Assembly (NCBI RefSeq): GCF_000446015.1 | Contig: NC_022093.1 | Span: forward strand, 1,620,001-1,652,000 | Reading direction: 5' to 3' | Length of the DNA stretch: 32,000 nt | Source: Thermofilum adornatum | GTDB lineage: Archaea; Thermoproteota; Thermoprotei; Thermofilales; Thermofilaceae | In this document: positions 8,794 to 16,912 of the stretch, one piece after another | Layout of the letters: every line of letters begins with the position of its first letter | Numbering within the stretch: the stretch's first letter is position 1 | Program-made: the position numbers and the translations under genes | Notes under the pieces: model-generated | Seen by the model: the letters and a program-made list of their open reading frames with translations, nothing else | What the model was told of the DNA's origin: nothing | Database searches by the model: none

Positions 8794-9048
8794 GTGACCG
8801 AAAAATACACGGTAAAAGTTCACGGGAAAGGATTAATAGTCATACCTGCAGAGGTCAGAAAGAAGTTTGGCATAACGCCTGGCTCAAAACTTCAGCTTTA
8901 CATAGAAGAGGACTCTATCCGCATTGTTGTTCCTAAGGATCTCAAAAGCCTATTTGGAGCTGATGGCGAAAAGGCACTTGAGGTTACTAGACTTATATTG
9001 GAGGAGAGGAAGAGAGAACGTGACACCGAGATTCGTGCTCGACTCTAG
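8794..9048 (+). CDS. vapB: AbrB/SpoVT-family antitoxin (VapB-like)
   Basis: N-terminal swapped-hairpin motif VKVHGKGLIVIPAEVRKKFGITPGSKLQLYIEEDSIRIV. 84 aa. Overlaps the downstream PIN gene. Confidence 0.8.
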   Translation: MTEKYTVKVHGKGLIVIPAEVRKKFGITPGSKLQLYIEEDSIRIVVPKDLKSLFGADGEKALEVTRLILEERKRERDTEIRARL

Positions 9049-9421
9049 CGCGGTCTCACTATATTTTGCTGGAAGGAAAGAGGTTGAACGCTTCATAGAA
9101 GATGCCTACAGAGGTAGAAACCAGCTCTACATGTGTGAAATTAACGTTGCCGAATTCCTCTACAACACGGCTAAGGTTCTTGGTTGGGAAACTGCTATCA
9201 TAAGGCACTCCGTCCTCCGTAATAGTCCAATTAAAATTGTAACACTGGACGAGGAACTCACACTAGAATCTGCCCGCCTAAAGCACAAATACTGGAACAA
9301 GCTTTCTCTTGCGGACGCGTATTTAGTCGCCCTAGCAAAACAACTAAGAGCAAAAATTGTAACCTCTGATACTACTCTAGCAGAAATAGAAGAGGCAGAG
9401 ACAGTTCTCGTATTTCTTTAA
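9020..9421 (+). CDS. vapC: PIN-domain ribonuclease toxin (VapC)
   Basis: FVLDSSAV (first Asp), CEINVAEF (Glu), LSLADAYLVALA (Asp) and IVTSDTT (Asp) are present in PIN order. The track ORF begins at TTG 8924 deep inside vapB, so I prefer GTG 9020 (29-nt overlap). The start remains uncertain. Confidence 0.75.
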   Translation: MTPRFVLDSSAVSLYFAGRKEVERFIEDAYRGRNQLYMCEINVAEFLYNTAKVLGWETAIIRHSVLRNSPIKIVTLDEELTLESARLKHKYWNKLSLADAYLVALAKQLRAKIVTSDTTLAEIEEAETVLVFL

Positions 9422-9491
9422 AATCACATAAGAGTTCAAGCACCTTACAAACCTTTAACACAGGATACTTAATAGAGTGTTCAGTGTCTTC

Positions 9492-10268
9492 TTAAAGGTG
9501 CCTTTTTACCCATTCTAGGACTTCCTGCTCGATTCTGCGTCTAACGTTGTAGTCATCGAAGACGTGGCCGCCGTGCTCTATCTCTATGAACTTTTTCTCT
9601 ACCTTCAGCTTCTCATAGAACCTCTTCGCCTGGCTAATTGGGACCACCATGTCGTCTACAGAGTGGATGATTAGAGTGGGTGCCTTGATTTCCTCGGCAA
9701 GCCCCATAACAGAGAAATTCATCGTCTCCATGGCATAGACGTCCCTCATCCTGTTGGGTCCCCAGTAAACATATCCCTCCTCAGCCCTGAAAAAGCCCCG
9801 TGCACGCTGGAAAAGCTCGGGCCAGTCCAATGCAGGGGAAAGAAGAACCAGGGCGCCTACATCTTCACGCCCAGCCGCCAGGCTAACAGCGACTCCTCCG
9901 CCCATGCTTAGCCCCACAACGCCAAACCTGGTCCCGTCCACCTCAGGAACATTCTTCAAGAATCCAGCAGCGTTGCGCGCATCCTCCACGGCAAGAGATA
10001 TCCTGAACTCCTCAAACGGCAACGGGCTGTCTCCGTGGCACCTGAAGTCAAACCTTAGAGCCGCATAGCCAACGCTACAGAGAACCCGAGCCATGTCCGT
10101 ATAAAGCCTACCACTCTCAGTCTTGTTGCCAGTAAACCCATGCAGAAAAAGCACCGGCCTAGAGACACCAGCGGGAAGATGGAGGACACCCGAAAGACCC
10201 ACACCAGCGCTAGGCACCCAGACAAGTTGCTCTCTGCAACCACTCAAACTAGAACCTTGCCTAGACAC
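9492..10268 (-). CDS. Alpha/beta-fold hydrolase (esterase/peptidase-like)
   Basis: HGFTGNK oxyanion region, nucleophile elbow GLSMGG, later SVDDMVV and GGHVF supplying the Asp/His of the triad. Confidence 0.85.
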   Translation of the reverse strand: MSRQGSSLSGCREQLVWVPSAGVGLSGVLHLPAGVSRPVLFLHGFTGNKTESGRLYTDMARVLCSVGYAALRFDFRCHGDSPLPFEEFRISLAVEDARNAAGFLKNVPEVDGTRFGVVGLSMGGGVAVSLAAGREDVGALVLLSPALDWPELFQRARGFFRAEEGYVYWGPNRMRDVYAMETMNFSVMGLAEEIKAPTLIIHSVDDMVVPISQAKRFYEKLKVEKKFIEIEHGGHVFDDYNVRRRIEQEVLEWVKRHL

Positions 10269-10367
10269 AAATAAGGTGTATATTCACATACATATATCAT
10301 TTTCCTATTGAAGAGAGCCTACATGAGCTTTGCACAAATGACACGGTACCCTAGGGACGGTAATTTT

Positions 10368-10393
10368 TATATACTATGGTTTCATAGTATATA
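10368..10393. promoter_or_regulatory. Perfect 11-4-11 inverted repeat TATATACTATG-gttt-CATAGTATATA spanning the TATA box to 3 nt before the start codon; candidate operator
   Basis: Read directly. The left arm overlaps the TATA-like tttttatata (10364-10373). The GTG start is at 10396. Confidence 0.4.
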
Positions 10394-10395
10394 CT

Positions 10396-10674
10396 GTGAA
10401 GTTTCAAAGGGTCAATGACTACCTCTACGTGACGCTATGGGACAAACAGTACAAAAGACCAAGGAGATTCTACCTGGGAAAATCCACCAACAACAAGCTC
10501 GCAGAACTCCTCAATGCAGCCGAACAGCTACGTGTCGACCCAGAAGAGATAAGAGACTACCTTGAAAGACAAATGGACCCGGCTACCCGTCTCACGAGGA
10601 CAGATCTCGTCGTACTCGCACTTGTACTGGGCGCTAAGGCATGGCAACAGAGTACAGATTCTACAGCGCGCTAA
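10396..10674 (+). CDS. Hypothetical small protein, possible partner of the downstream NTase-fold protein
   Basis: 92-aa ORF with a GTG start right behind a TATA box and palindrome. It overlaps the next gene by 34 nt. No motif recognised. Confidence 0.4.
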   Translation: MKFQRVNDYLYVTLWDKQYKRPRRFYLGKSTNNKLAELLNAAEQLRVDPEEIRDYLERQMDPATRLTRTDLVVLALVLGAKAWQQSTDSTAR

Positions 10675-11192
10675 GGCTAGCGGTCAGGCTAGTCAAGAAG
10701 TGGTTTCCAGAATACGCCCTGATAGGCAGGTTCGCAAGAAACTTTTACGCCCCTCCCGAAACAACACTAGACGTAGACTTCCTGGTAAACCTAGACGACC
10801 ATGAGAGACTAGCAGAGTTCCTCGAATATGCGTCCGCCCGCTTTCAAGTATCGCCTATGGATATTGGACACTGGCAGTACAAGCTCTACATAAAGAGCTT
10901 CCGATTCGACCTCGTAAAGCCCAAGGGCTACAACTACGACCCAGAGGTAGTAGCAAGGAGAAGACACGTAAAAATCGGCCAAATTGGTGAAGTAGCCATC
11001 CTCTCCCCAGAAGACCTAGCCGTGCTTTACCTAGTCTCGTCCCTCGACAGAGGGGTCAAAGACCTTGTAAAGGCAAAAGACATAGTCGCATACTCAAAGG
11101 CGAGGGGAGACTTTAACGAGGAATACTTCCTGAGAAAAAGCGAAGAAAACAAAGTAAAACACCTAGCTTTAACACTTCTAAGCAAGATGTAG
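10641..11192 (+). CDS. Nucleotidyltransferase-fold protein (MNT/AbiEii-like superfamily)
   Basis: N-terminal LIGRFARNFYAPPETTLDVDFLVNL matches the G-x-ar ... T.DxD pattern of the pol-beta NTase fold. 183 aa. Confidence 0.45.
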   Translation: MATEYRFYSALRLAVRLVKKWFPEYALIGRFARNFYAPPETTLDVDFLVNLDDHERLAEFLEYASARFQVSPMDIGHWQYKLYIKSFRFDLVKPKGYNYDPEVVARRRHVKIGQIGEVAILSPEDLAVLYLVSSLDRGVKDLVKAKDIVAYSKARGDFNEEYFLRKSEENKVKHLALTLLSKM

Positions 11193-11272
11193 GAGCCCTA
11201 GGCAATTCTTACAGCTAGTTCCTAGAAGCAGGTTTACCTTTGAAATATATAAACCACTAAACGATTTTTGGG

Positions 11273-11422
11273 ATGATGCGGCAAAGGCTCAAGAAGAAGT
11301 TAGAATTTTCGGAGTTTGCAGGCATCTGGAAAGATACGGAAGAAGAAAAAATCAATAGGATATTTGAAACAATAAGAAAAGCTTGGCGAAAAACAAGAAT
11401 GTATAAAGCAAGCTGTCCTTAG
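11273..11422 (+). CDS. Small ORF (49 aa), possible antitoxin-like peptide
   Basis: Below the ORF-track cutoff. Hand translation: MMRQRLKKKLEFSEFAGIWKDTEEEKINRIFETIRKAWRKTRMYKASCP. The FAGIWKD...EE pattern resembles short archaeal antitoxin-like proteins. Weak evidence. Confidence 0.3.
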   Translation: MMRQRLKKKLEFSEFAGIWKDTEEEKINRIFETIRKAWRKTRMYKASCP

Positions 11423-11505
11423 AATCATATCCCTACGGATAAAGAAAGACTCATTCCCCTTTTATAAACAACAGGAATATAATTATCAAACAAACCTTTT
11501 TTCTC

Positions 11506-12411
11506 ATGGATAGATTTCGGGAAAAGACATGCATAGTTACAGGCGGAGCCCGCGGCATAGGAGCCGCCATAGCCACTAGGCTTGGCACCGAGGGGTGCAC
11601 CGTTGCAATATTCGACATAGACGAGCAAGCAGGAAAATACAGGCAACGCGAACTCGAGAAAAACGACATAAAGGCAGTCTTCTACAAGGTAGACGTAGCA
11701 AGCGAAGAAATGGTTAGACAAGCAGTTGAAGACTTCTATGCCAAGCACGGGAGAATAGATATACTCGTAAACAACGCCGGCATAGGGTTCTCCGGCAAAA
11801 GCATCGAGGAGCAGACCCTAGAAGAATGGAGAAGAATCATAGACACAAACCTGACAGGCACATGGCTCTGCACAAAACACGTCGTCACATATATGAAGAA
11901 GACCGGCGGAGTCATAATAAACATCGCGTCGACAAGGGCCTTCCAATCGGAGCCAAACACAGAGCCCTACTCAGCGTCAAAGGGAGGAATAATAGCGCTT
12001 AGCCACGCACTAGCAGTCTCCCTAGCAAAGTACCACATAAGAGTCATATCGATATCCCCCGGATGGGTAGACACGAGCCACTGGCAAGTACCACCCAGAC
12101 AGCCACAGCTAACACCCCTAGACCACGAGTGGCACCCCGCCGGACGCGTAGGAAAGCCAGAAGACATAGCCGCCCTAGTAGCATTCCTGGCATCAGACGA
12201 CGCACAGTGGATGACAGGGACAAACATCACAATAGACGGAGGAGTAACAACAAAAATGTTCTACCCAGACCTCGACCAGATCCAAAAACTCCTAGCAAAA
12301 CTCCTACAAGACGAGGAAACAGCCCAGACACTCATAAAGCTAGCAGAAAAGCTCCACACAAACAAAGATATCCTAAGAGAAATCAGAAACAAGTACCTCT
12401 CAACATCGTAA
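11506..12411 (+). CDS. Short-chain dehydrogenase/reductase (SDR) with a helical C-terminal extension of about 50 aa
   Basis: TGGARGIGAAIA (TGxxxGxG), NNAG, and the catalytic YSASKGG (YxxxK). Confidence 0.9.
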   Translation: MDRFREKTCIVTGGARGIGAAIATRLGTEGCTVAIFDIDEQAGKYRQRELEKNDIKAVFYKVDVASEEMVRQAVEDFYAKHGRIDILVNNAGIGFSGKSIEEQTLEEWRRIIDTNLTGTWLCTKHVVTYMKKTGGVIINIASTRAFQSEPNTEPYSASKGGIIALSHALAVSLAKYHIRVISISPGWVDTSHWQVPPRQPQLTPLDHEWHPAGRVGKPEDIAALVAFLASDDAQWMTGTNITIDGGVTTKMFYPDLDQIQKLLAKLLQDEETAQTLIKLAEKLHTNKDILREIRNKYLSTS

Positions 12412-12512
12412 CACGTGGCTCCACTAACCTTAATCCTGTCTGCGCCGCCTTGACACAAAAATTTAAGCATACCTGTGCCGTTTTATAAGTAGGGACATTG
12501 GGATACAGAGCA

Positions 12513-12742
12513 GTGGAGAAAACAACATTATAGAAGAGCTCAAAAAGAGGGAAGAAGCTAGACAAATCAGGAGAAAACAAGCAGACTGGAACTATATCAA
12601 CAACCAGCCAACCAAGCTAAAGCTAGCACTCGTCCACTACATCGAGACAGGCGACCTCTACGTCTCTGCAAAGATTGCCGGCATAACAGTGGAAGAATTC
12701 AACGAGCAACGCATAAAAGCGAGGATCCCACATGTCAACTAA
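12513..12742 (+). pseudogene. Frameshifted tandem paralogue of the downstream UPF0175-like gene
   Basis: The open frame 12467-12742 encodes IIEELKKREEARQIRRKQADWNYINNQPTKLKLALVHYIETGDLYVSAKIAGITVEEFNEQRIKARIPHVN, clearly homologous to ORF 12788-13012. It has no in-frame ATG, GTG or TTG before the conserved part. A GTG at 12513, about 25 nt after the TATA-like ttttataag, is in another frame and stops after 6 codons. Confidence 0.45.
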
Positions 12743-12787
12743 AGCGCGCGCTAGGTTCCCGGCAAAAGACCTCGAAAGGCTGGGCCT

Positions 12788-13012
12788 ATGAGCGACATAT
12801 TACGTGAGCTCGAAGAGCGGGAAAAAGAAGTAGTCGAAATGAGGAGACAAAACGCAGACTGGAACTACATAAACAGGCTCCCGCCCAGAGTAAAGGCGGC
12901 AGTAATCCTATTCATAGAAAAGGGCGACCTAAGACTAAGCCAAAAACTCTCAGGCCTAGACCTAGAAGACTTCATCGAAACCCTAAGAAAAGCAAGAGTC
13001 TGGATAACCTAG
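12788..13012 (+). CDS. UPF0175-like small protein (antitoxin-like, putative HTH)
   Basis: The 74-aa sequence LFIEKGDLRLSQKLSGLDLEDFIETLRKARV fits the UPF0175 pattern (LY..G.lSlg.aA.laG....eF...L...gi). Confidence 0.5.
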   Translation: MSDILRELEEREKEVVEMRRQNADWNYINRLPPRVKAAVILFIEKGDLRLSQKLSGLDLEDFIETLRKARVWIT

Positions 13013-13013
13013 C

Positions 13014-13253
13014 CTAAAAATCGCCCCCAACAAGCCTAGGCCGCGTCTCTCCCTTACCGTCGCTTTTTAATCGTGAATCCATGAAAACAGTCTCATCAGA
13101 AAAGTCCTCCAGCCTAATAGGCTCAATAATGATCCTCTCCCCCTCGATCCTCACACGGACAAGCCTGTACCTCGCATACTTCTCTCTCCACTCCTTGGGC
13201 AACAGTAGCCTACCCTTCCTATCCAAAACCCTAATATACTCCACAAAAACCAA
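13014..13253 (-). CDS. AbrB/SpoVT-domain protein (antitoxin or regulator)
   Basis: VLDRKGRLLLPKEWREKYARYRLVRVRIEGERIIIEPI is a typical swapped-hairpin motif. 79 aa. Confidence 0.6.
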   Translation of the reverse strand: MVFVEYIRVLDRKGRLLLPKEWREKYARYRLVRVRIEGERIIIEPIRLEDFSDETVFMDSRLKSDGKGETRPRLVGGDF

Positions 13254-13346
13254 AGTTGTCCCTCCTCCAGTTCTATAAAAATCTTAGCTTAACCGATTCC
13301 AGGCAAGCTATAGCTAAAAATTTATGGAAAAACTCAAAGGCTAGCC

Positions 13347-13571
13347 ATGAACATCATGGAAACAGCAAAAAAGATGCTAGCCCACGTCGTACTAAAACTC
13401 ATTAACCTAAAAATCCTGAGGCAAAGATGCCTCCGCTCAAAGACAATCCAGAGACTCGTACTAGAAGCATTGGCAACAAAAAGCAGACTAACCGAGAAAG
13501 AGGCTCTAGAACTAGGAGAAAAAATAAAGGAAGGAATGTTGCAGGAGCTAAGAGAAAAAGGGCTCATCTAA
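13347..13571 (+). CDS. Hypothetical small protein
   Basis: 74-aa ORF behind the TATA-like ctaaaaatttatgg. The C-terminal TEKEALELGEKIKEGMLQELREKG is helical and charged. No confident family. Confidence 0.35.
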   Translation: MNIMETAKKMLAHVVLKLINLKILRQRCLRSKTIQRLVLEALATKSRLTEKEALELGEKIKEGMLQELREKGLI

Positions 13572-13606
13572 CCCTCAATCCCGATGGTAGCCTCGCTAAA
13601 ACATTC

Positions 13607-13709
13607 AATAATAACATTGTTATTATTAAGCATAATATAGTTATTTTTGGATTTCTCTGTTCAAAATAACAAGAATAACAAAGTTATTACAAATAATAAC
13701 AAAGTTATG
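13607..13709. repeat. Cluster of AATAAC/GTTATT inverted repeats in an AT-rich spacer
   Basis: Perfect 10-1-10 inverted repeat AATAATAACA-t-TGTTATTATT at 13607-13627. AATAAC-aaa-GTTATT at 13674-13688. AATAAC-aaa-GTTATg at 13695-13709. Extra half-sites at 13640-13645 and 13665-13670. Confidence 0.7.
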
Positions 13710-13772
13710 CAGACTTTACCAATACAAATCTTGTCACCAAATTCCTCCTCCACACCTACGCCAGCCGGCTAA

Positions 13773-13931
13773 CTAGACCTCGGCCGCTACGCTTTGCTTA
13801 ACAACTCTGAGCGGTTTTAGACATTCTTCGGCATAGCTAAGTCCCTTGTAAAGGGAGATGAAAAAGATTTGAGAATAGCGCGTGCCGAAGGCTGGGAGGA
13901 GGAAAGACGTGTCAAGTAACACCATGAGCAT
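13773..13931 (-). pseudogene. Truncated PIN-domain (vapC) remnant, about 52 codons
   Basis: MLMVLLDTSFLLPAFG... is a canonical PIN N-terminus (first Asp), but the frame ends after about 52 aa against roughly 130 aa for a PIN domain. Its start overlaps the upstream AbrB gene end as in vapBC operons. Confidence 0.45.
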
Positions 13932-14232
13932 CGCGGACACCCAGTAACTCTTCCTGAGCCTCCACGCTAGTTTTCTCGAACTCCTCAGGCGCCAGGCGCA
14001 ACCTCTTAGGACTCCTCCTAGCCTCCTCGAAGAAATCAAGAGGCCTACGCAACACTATGCTCTCACCCTCCACTGTCAGAACCAGCTTCTCCCCTTCCTT
14101 GAGCTTCAGCTCCTCCACTACTCTTCTGGGGAGGTATACCGCGTAGTTCCTACCCACCCTCACAACAATCCGGGCCACCAGCCACAACCAGGTATAACCT
14201 GGAAAAAACTGGATAAAAGCATTCCCCTCCAA
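13912..14232 (-). CDS. AbrB/SpoVT-family antitoxin (VapB-like)
   Basis: VRVGRNYAVYLPRRVVEELKLKEGEKLVLTVEGESIVLRR motif. The track start is TTG at 14232; GTG at 14178 is an equally plausible start. Confidence 0.6.
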   Translation of the reverse strand: MEGNAFIQFFPGYTWLWLVARIVVRVGRNYAVYLPRRVVEELKLKEGEKLVLTVEGESIVLRRPLDFFEEARRSPKRLRLAPEEFEKTSVEAQEELLGVRDAHGVT

Positions 14233-14671
14233 ACCAGATACGAGCTAGCCTCTCACGCCCATGCTTTCTCAAAGACATTTGTCCATTTTTTATGTCTCAA
14301 ATATATGTGTCTTAGAGAAAACATCCCACTCCCAAAGCATCCCTGTAGCCGAACTGCTCTTTTATAACCCTCCCAAGGTACACTTTAAGGTATCGCGAAG
14401 GCTCTTTTATAGTGAAGCATTTCTTCTGGCAGGAATATTCCCATAAAGCTACTATTCCTTAAGAGAAGGGAGACCTAGCATTACAAGAGAGCTGGCCCCC
14501 CATCACGAGAAGATCCCTTGTGACTATTACATAGTTGAAAGCAACAGATTCTTTAAAAAGACCGAAGCATACAATTCAAAAAATTTATAGGCAACGAGCG
14601 CTAAAGATAAATGGTTCTAATGCTATCAACCAATATCCAAGACACAGCCCGCATCGAGGTGACTACACAGA

Positions 14672-15085
14672 ATGCTTAAGCCGGAAACCGTCGGGGCCGT
14701 AATTGCCCTGTACACAGAAGACAGGGACGACTTCGACGCCGAAACCATAAGAGGCATCATAGAGAACGCATACAAATTGATGGACGAAAAGAAACATGTA
14801 TCCGTAAAATTAGACTCAATAAAAAGGATCCTAGAGGTGTTCATCTCTCAAGGCTACATCCAGAAAAGCGGAGACAAATACCTCGTAACCACCCAAGGCA
14901 GACAAGCCTTCAAGGACATGTGGAAAAGCCTAGACCCCCTCACAGAGGCATACTTCGCCGGCGCATACGCATATTACGAGGCGAAAAAAGAAGAGGCAGA
15001 AAACCAACAGCACAACACTCGGCCCAGCCACAGAAAAAAAAGACAACACCAAAAACGTGATGATCGACCCCACGTTGAGCTATGA
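14672..15085 (+). CDS. Hypothetical protein with a basic low-complexity tail
   Basis: 137-aa ORF with coherent codon usage matching its neighbours. The middle part (LEVFISQGYIQKSGDKYLVTTQGRQAF) could be a winged helix, which is inference only. Confidence 0.4.
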   Translation: MLKPETVGAVIALYTEDRDDFDAETIRGIIENAYKLMDEKKHVSVKLDSIKRILEVFISQGYIQKSGDKYLVTTQGRQAFKDMWKSLDPLTEAYFAGAYAYYEAKKEEAENQQHNTRPSHRKKRQHQKRDDRPHVEL

Positions 15086-15296
15086 CAACGTATTGCCGGC
15101 ACTGCTTAGGGATGTTACTTCGCCAAACCAGTTTGGACGCGTGAAGATACACCCGATACTCTTGGTAAGTAAAGACATGCGGTACGCCTTAATGCTGATC
15201 GTCGCGCGCTAATCTCTGGAATAAATACCCGTATTGACGGTTGTACTGTATGAAGGGCTTCTTTTTCCAGATGAATAGGACACAAGCTGGATTTTT

Positions 15297-15947
15297 ATGC
15301 AGGCCCCGCACACCTATTGTTGCCCAGAGAGAGGGTCACAAAACATGAGAGTAGTCTTTAAATCTGGCATAAAGGACCTGTTCGACCTCATACAGGGAGA
15401 ATTCAAGCTCGCCCTCAAGGAAGACAACACCCAGAAAGCCAAGATCGAGTACGACGAAGAAAAACTCATCTTTCTCACAGGCACCGGCAACAAGTGGTTC
15501 ACCAAAACAGACGAGAAGGGCGACGTCTACCTCGGCTACGAGGGCACACGCAAAGACTTCATAGAACTACGCCCCTTCCAAAACCTATACTGGCTCTCAT
15601 CATCAGAAGACAAAGCTACACTAGGCTACGTCGACGACTGGACCTTCATCGAATATGTCGACCCAATTCTTGGAAACGTCTATCTTATCGAAAGAATCCC
15701 AAAAAGGATAAGAGACTTCACCCTCAAACTCGTAGAATACAAGACATCCCTCCCACCAGAGTGGGACGTCCAATGGTACGAACTCATCGAGATAACAAGC
15801 ACCAAGACCATCAAGGCAGTCCAACCACAAAAAATAACAGAACTACTCCAGTCCCAAGACGGCTACATCGCATTCATAAAAAGCCAAAACTCCACACCAC
15901 GAGTCATGGCCCCATGCAAAGACCAATGCGAAGACATAAAAGACTGA
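15297..15947 (+). CDS. Hypothetical protein
   Basis: 216-aa ORF. A more likely start is the ATG at 15345 (MRVVFKSG). No motif recognised. Confidence 0.4.
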   Translation: MQAPHTYCCPERGSQNMRVVFKSGIKDLFDLIQGEFKLALKEDNTQKAKIEYDEEKLIFLTGTGNKWFTKTDEKGDVYLGYEGTRKDFIELRPFQNLYWLSSSEDKATLGYVDDWTFIEYVDPILGNVYLIERIPKRIRDFTLKLVEYKTSLPPEWDVQWYELIEITSTKTIKAVQPQKITELLQSQDGYIAFIKSQNSTPRVMAPCKDQCEDIKD

Positions 15948-16009
15948 TAAGCGCTGTGCAAAAGTTTTATACAGAAAAATTTTAGTAACTTTTAAGTTAA
16001 TTTAAAAAC

Positions 16010-16879
16010 GTGTCCGAAGATTTCATGAAAGATATAAAATACATCATGGTAACATACTATCCAAATCACTGGAATAACTTACCAAACAACGAAACATCTT
16101 ACACTAGGAGGCTTCTAAAAGGTGTGCAACCCAATGAGCTTATAGAATATGCGAAAACCCTCTTCATTAAGCTTTCTGATGAGCACGCAACAGCTGAAAA
16201 AGCGTGGATAGGTCTAGTATATGGTTATGATACAAAGAGGGAGAAAAACAAGATTTATTTTAAAGTCAAAATTGAGAGAGAAATTCCTCTGCATCAACTT
16301 CCACCGGAAATTCAAGCACTACGAAAATCTGGATGGTATCTTAAAGAAAAAGTATTACCCATTGAAACATCTCACGCTAGTTCTCTCGTTCCACCATTCT
16401 TTTCCGAGCTACTAGCAACTAATAACTGGGAGGAGTTTGAAGACGGGGTATCCTATCTGTTGAAATTGATAGGAATCAATGAGATATTTAGGTATGATAA
16501 AACGGAACAAAAAGGTCGCCCAGACGGATTTTTCATAGTCAACAATCTCGCCGTTATATATGACGCAACACTTGACACAAAATTTGAATAAACTAAAAAT
16601 CAACAGATCGAGAATTACGTCAATATGCTAAGAAAGGATTATATAGACTATCAAAGAGATAATCTAAATCTCACGAAAAATATCTCTAGATGTACAAAAC
16701 AAGTGTGGATAATTACAAGGGGGACATCAAGAATCAAATGGCTTTTTGACGATATAAAAGTTAAAAAAGTCTCCGTGAGCGACCTCATCAAAAACTACAA
16801 GTGGAGACTCCAACAAGATCCCCTAAGAGAAGAAGATCTAGTAAAAGAACTCGTATTCTTAGGCGAAAATACTCCTTAA
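16010..16879 (+). pseudogene. FokI-cleavage-domain-like PD-(D/E)xK nuclease gene interrupted by a single in-frame TAA (16589-16591)
   Basis: ORFs 16010-16591 and 16625-16879 share one frame, and the 11 codons between them contain no further stop (TKNQQIENYVN). The joined sequence GRPDGFFIVNNLAVIYDATLDTKFE*TKNQQIENYVNMLRKD parallels FokI RKPDGAIY...VIVDTKAY...QADEMQRYVEENQ. GC content is markedly low. Confidence 0.55.
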
Positions 16880-16912
16880 CTAGCCCTAGGAAATGGTTAG
16901 AGTTGCCGTAGT

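Noticed and set aside
12063-12488. 141-aa alternative-frame ORF rich in Arg/Pro/Thr overlapping the SDR gene; likewise 15494-15985, 10562-10804 and 14940-15152
   Set aside because: The basic low-complexity sequences are generated by the A/C-rich composition in a non-coding frame. The overlapping frames carry the real motifs (SDR) or have coherent codon usage.
13607-13709. Possible CRISPR array or MITE, suggested by the repeated AATAAC/GTTATT units
   Set aside because: The units are only 6-10 bp, irregularly spaced and themselves palindromic. There is no 25-40 bp repeat/spacer periodicity, no cas genes, no clear terminal inverted repeats with target duplication, and no transposase.
14261-14446. 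61-aa plus-strand ORF in the 14.2-14.7 kb gap
   Set aside because: It has no motif and odd composition. It sits in what looks like the promoter region of the minus-strand AbrB gene (two CTTTTATA-type boxes), so it is more likely non-coding.
15057-15120. C/D-box-like GTGATGA at the 3' end of ORF 14672-15085
   Set aside because: There is no CTGA D box at the required 12-nt spacing and the C'/D' elements are degenerate. The site lies within coding sequence.
16589-16591. Stop-codon recoding (readthrough, pyrrolysine or selenocysteine) as an explanation for the in-frame TAA at 16589 and the TAG at 19212
   Set aside because: Nothing in the window suggests recoding. There are no Pyl or Sec machinery genes and no obvious downstream recoding structure, TAA is not a known recoded codon in archaea, and other genes here terminate normally on TAA and TAG. 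Pseudogenisation or sequencing error is the simpler explanation.
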